Below, in pieces: positions 60,201 through 64,000 of a stretch of 64,000 nucleotides of DNA. Positions within the stretch are counted from its first letter, which is position 1. The number at the start of each line of letters is the position of its first letter. Below the pieces are notes generated by a model. That model saw only the letters and a list, made by a program, of their open reading frames with translations, did not search any database and was not told the DNA's origin. The DNA lies in NCBI GenBank assembly GCA_964057225.1, contig OZ059897.1, positions 9,548,001 to 9,612,000 on the forward strand. The letters are read 5' to 3'. The position numbers were made by a program, and so were the translations under genes. Origin of the DNA: Auanema rhodensis. Its lineage: Eukaryota; Animalia; Nematoda.

Positions 60201-63200
60201 CCTTCCTCCCCAGCTTCCCATATTTTGAATTTTTGAACATAACACCTTGCTGTGACCTTTTGAACTTTTATGTCTATTCTAACGATATTACAATTCTGTA
60301 ATTACAATTTAAAACATCCGAAACAGAATTTGCGCAATTCACCTAATCAACAGGTGTGAAGACAACTTGCCACTTGTAGCAGTTGCTCAGTCGGTAAGCT
60401 TTGTTGTAGTTGTATAAAACTTGTCGGATGAGCTTTCTGTCAGAGAGGTCGATAGTGTCAAACGGCCACCACAACTACAAATTGCCAGATTGATTTATGA
60501 TTTGAGTAGTTTTTTTCGGCTTTTTTTCAAGATAGTATAAGAAAAGTATAACATACCGTAAGCAATTGTTTGGAAAATGTTTTAATTGATATCTATTAGA
60601 TTTCTAATATTGTTTTTTCAATGTCCACATATTCCATTCTATCGAACTTTCCATATGTTTGCTTCCATTACGGTAATAAATAAAGTTAATATATATCATA
60701 ATTTATTATATTATAGACAATGTTATAATATTTGACTTTTAAAAACTTTAAGCGATAAAAGTTTCGATGATTTTTGCCTTCAAAAAAGATTTTTTAAGAG
60801 TTTGTAATTTAAAATTCGGGTTATCGGTTTTAAATCGAAACTTTGATGTTAAAACCAAGAAAAAAACGAAAAAAATCTAAACAGGATATTTATATGTATA
60901 CTGTGGGTATCTGAGGTTGTTCAACGTCTAAACATATACCCATCATCTTAATTTCTTATCGTTATATGAAATCTGTGCTGCTACAGTTTCAATTGAAATT
61001 GAAGAAAGCAACATTAGAAGAGAAACATTATTTGAAAAGTTGTGAAACGGAAATGAAATTCGAAAAAAATTAACTTTTAAAAAAAAATTTTTTTTGATTT
61101 CTTTACTCAATTAAAACAAATGCATCCCACAGAGTTAAATTGGCATGTATGATGTGGGTGGTCGAAATGCTTTCAGAAGTCGTCTGCTACTTCGATTGTC
61201 CATCTGCTCTGTTCCTCTTTTCTTCTCCTCTTTTTGAATTATCTTTGCAATTTTCATTATTCTTCAACTGTTGATTCTATTGAGCTTGCTTGTTACACCA
61301 AAATACAAACTTCTCTTGTAGATGACTCGTTGACAAATTAGAATTGATTGCTTCTGAAAGCAATACGACAGATGCTTGTCCTCTCTCATCTTAATCTTCC
61401 TACTATCATTGTCTTCCTGGGATAGCTAGAAGATATTTCAGACCAGACATTGTGGCTCTTAAATACAATAATTTGTCTTCTAAACGTCATCGGTACAACT
61501 ATTTGATGTTTTAAACCGACGAACCTTCCAACCTCAAATAAATTTTTGAAAAAAATGTAATGAAATTGGTTTCAAAGCGAACTAAATGTCTGTTTAAATA
61601 TTCTTGTATCAATGTTTTATCTTTGATTTATCATTTTAAATTTGGATAAAACGTTTCAAAATAACATTTACAAATCATTTAATTCAGCTTTTTTTATCGC
61701 TCCTCATTCTTGTAATAGGTTTGAATGTTTGAAAAAAATTAGGATGATAGTGTCCAGATGACGAATAACGACCCTCTTCTGGCAACTCTCGACAGTGTCA
61801 ACTAGAATTCGTGTCAAAACCGATTTGTTCATCGTTCATCTTCAATTCAACACTACCATACGTAGCATAGTTGCGGGTTACGGTAGCATGAATATGAGAT
61901 GGATGCATATACATAGAATTCGAAAGACAACGAGAAAACTGCGAAGAGAACGAAAGAAAAAGAGTAAGAAGGAGAAGTAGATATAAGGAGAGAAAGAGGC
62001 GAAATAAGAAAAAAAGAAAGAAAGGTATTATATGTTATAAAGAAATGTACAAATTGGATTTGACAGGCTGACAACTTGCTGACGACTGTGAGGAGCACCC
62101 CAGACGACAAACAAAGAAAGCGATATATGTAGTTTTCATAGATTTCAGCTTTCATCTATCAAATAAGGAAAAATAATTGAAAACTAAATTTTGTTTACAA
62201 TGTGATGATAATCTCCACATTCTAATGTATTATCTTGACTTGTCTTTGTCCATTAAAGTCAAACCTCAACTCTGAAACTACAGTTCTACTGTCATTTTGA
62301 TATTTTTTGAATAAATAATTTTCTCGTTTTGATTTCTTAATTCATATATGTGTGTATTGATAGTAATCATTCTCTTATTATCTATCTATTTTCTGTGTTT
62401 CTGTCATAAATCTACCAGAAAAACCAAACGTTCAACCCCCCCCCCCTTCTTAATCAAATTAGCGGCCACCGGTGCATGAAGCAAATATTTTCGTAATTAG
62501 ATCAAAACCTTCTCTCTTTTCCACCTCTTCTCTGTCTTACGGCATTCTTAAGACAAATAGTAGATTATATATGTATATATATATATATAACTATACATAT
62601 AGTAAAAATACATAATTAGAATATAGTTTATAAACGAATGTTTAAATACGAAATAATCGACAACTTCTTCATTAGAGACTTGTTCCTAATTTGTTATTGA
62701 TTCATTAATTCTACCTTGTTTTTCAAGCTAATTTTATGAAACCAAATTCTGTATGAAAACATTTACTAGGCCAACACTCTCTCAACTTCTTCTGATTTTT
62801 CAAGCAAAACTATCAGTTGTTCCCTGAACTTGTATGTTTGTTAACATTTTGTTCCAAACGTATATCAGAAAGATAACGTGATCAGATGGCATCGATTTGT
62901 ATGGATAGGGATCGTCTGTGTTTCGCTTCATTGAGCATGCTCAATGAACGATCCCTATCCTCTTTAATAGACCGATATGATCTTACAATCTTATCGTAGA
63001 TTAGGAAAATATGTTTTTTTCAAATAAAAGTTTTTAAAATCTACAGAAAACTACAAAAAAATTACATTGTTCTCTCTTATGACTTCCAGGAAGAAAACGT
63101 TCCTACAACGTCGAATAATCAGATGATTTGTCTTGTTAACTCATCGTTATAATTCAATGAACAAAAGGACAAGAACTTGAAATTTCAACAATAATCTTAG

Positions 63201-64000
63201 CTATCTGTATAAATATTTATTGAAATTAAACATACAAAATTATAATAAAAATAGTAAAAAAATTTATATAATTGTGAATAATTTTCAAATTTTTGATAAT
63301 TTTAATAGAATTTCCATTTTTTTCCCAAACTTTTAAGGAAAATGTTGGTCTTTCTCAAAATTTTCATCGTTATATATGCTTTGGAAAAGTTAATGAACTG
63401 ATATATGTATCACACACTTTATAGATGAATTTTATTATTTATTATTATTTATTTATTATTTTGATTTTCAATTTTTTTGTTAAAAAAATCTTAATTTGAT
63501 TCAATTTATGTAGTTTACCGTTGGATGGCCTTTACATGTCGACCCCCCCCCCTTCCCAAAGGTATACGGTAGAACTTTGTGTCGTCGTCAGTCTTTATAT
63601 GCTTATCGTCATTCTCTTCAGGCCAAGTTCTAATGAGAAAAGTTTGAGATGAAAAGCTGAAAATCTGATAAGAAACAGAACAACAGAAGAGAATATGTTT
63701 CGTGAAATTTTATTTAATTATAAATAAATTGATTTGTACATAATCTATATTTATGTCTTCATGGTCTGCATCTTCATTTCGCTACCATCCATAACAAGCA
63801 CGAATGACTTTGAACTTTTGTGATTAATATGATGATTAGACAAGCATCACGGAGTTAAGATATGCTTTTCTGATTTTTTGATTTTCACATTTGCAAATGT
63901 CCTATGTTCAAACTCTAGTTTATCATTAAAAAATTTGTTTGTTTCCCAATTTTTTAGTTTAACAAGATAATGTTTCTGTTCATACAATATGTATGTATCT

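Noticed and set aside
60253-60266. TGACCT-TT-TGAACT nuclear-receptor-like direct repeat (similar motif near 63805)
   Set aside because: Short motif with no identifiable target gene; expected by chance
57300-64000. Short ORFs at 59253, 61795 and 61853
   Set aside because: AT-rich or purine-run low-complexity translations without convincing exon structure

Overview
AT-rich nematode genomic DNA: short GT-AG introns, TTTCAG acceptors, a pos-1 orthologue and a C. elegans-like tRNA-Lys. Bases 1-45283 are a tandem array of tRNA-Lys(CTT) genes with a 404-bp unit. I count 63 near-consensus genes, 8 copies of one mutated variant and 17 3'-truncated copies. The array runs on + up to 13851 and on - from 17954, and shifts to a ~540-bp higher-order unit from ~27.5 kb. 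Three related insertions with (T/C)GTTCC...GGAAC(A/G) ends interrupt it. (1) A truncated Ty3/Gypsy-type element whose gag runs directly into a herpesvirus-gB-like envelope gene. (2) A composite TG...CA element sitting exactly at the array's polarity switch. (3) A recent non-autonomous copy with 345-bp CG...CG LTRs, a 4-bp TSD, a tRNA-Gln PBS and an antisense spliced cargo gene. An orphan 199-aa gene also lies inside the array. Right of the array, an inverted duplication of a PAIP1-like gene (one copy internally deleted) brackets convergent LMBRD2 and TIM22 genes. A small secreted-protein gene, pos-1 and ~6.7 kb without recognisable genes follow. All homology calls are from recalled motifs; no searches were run.
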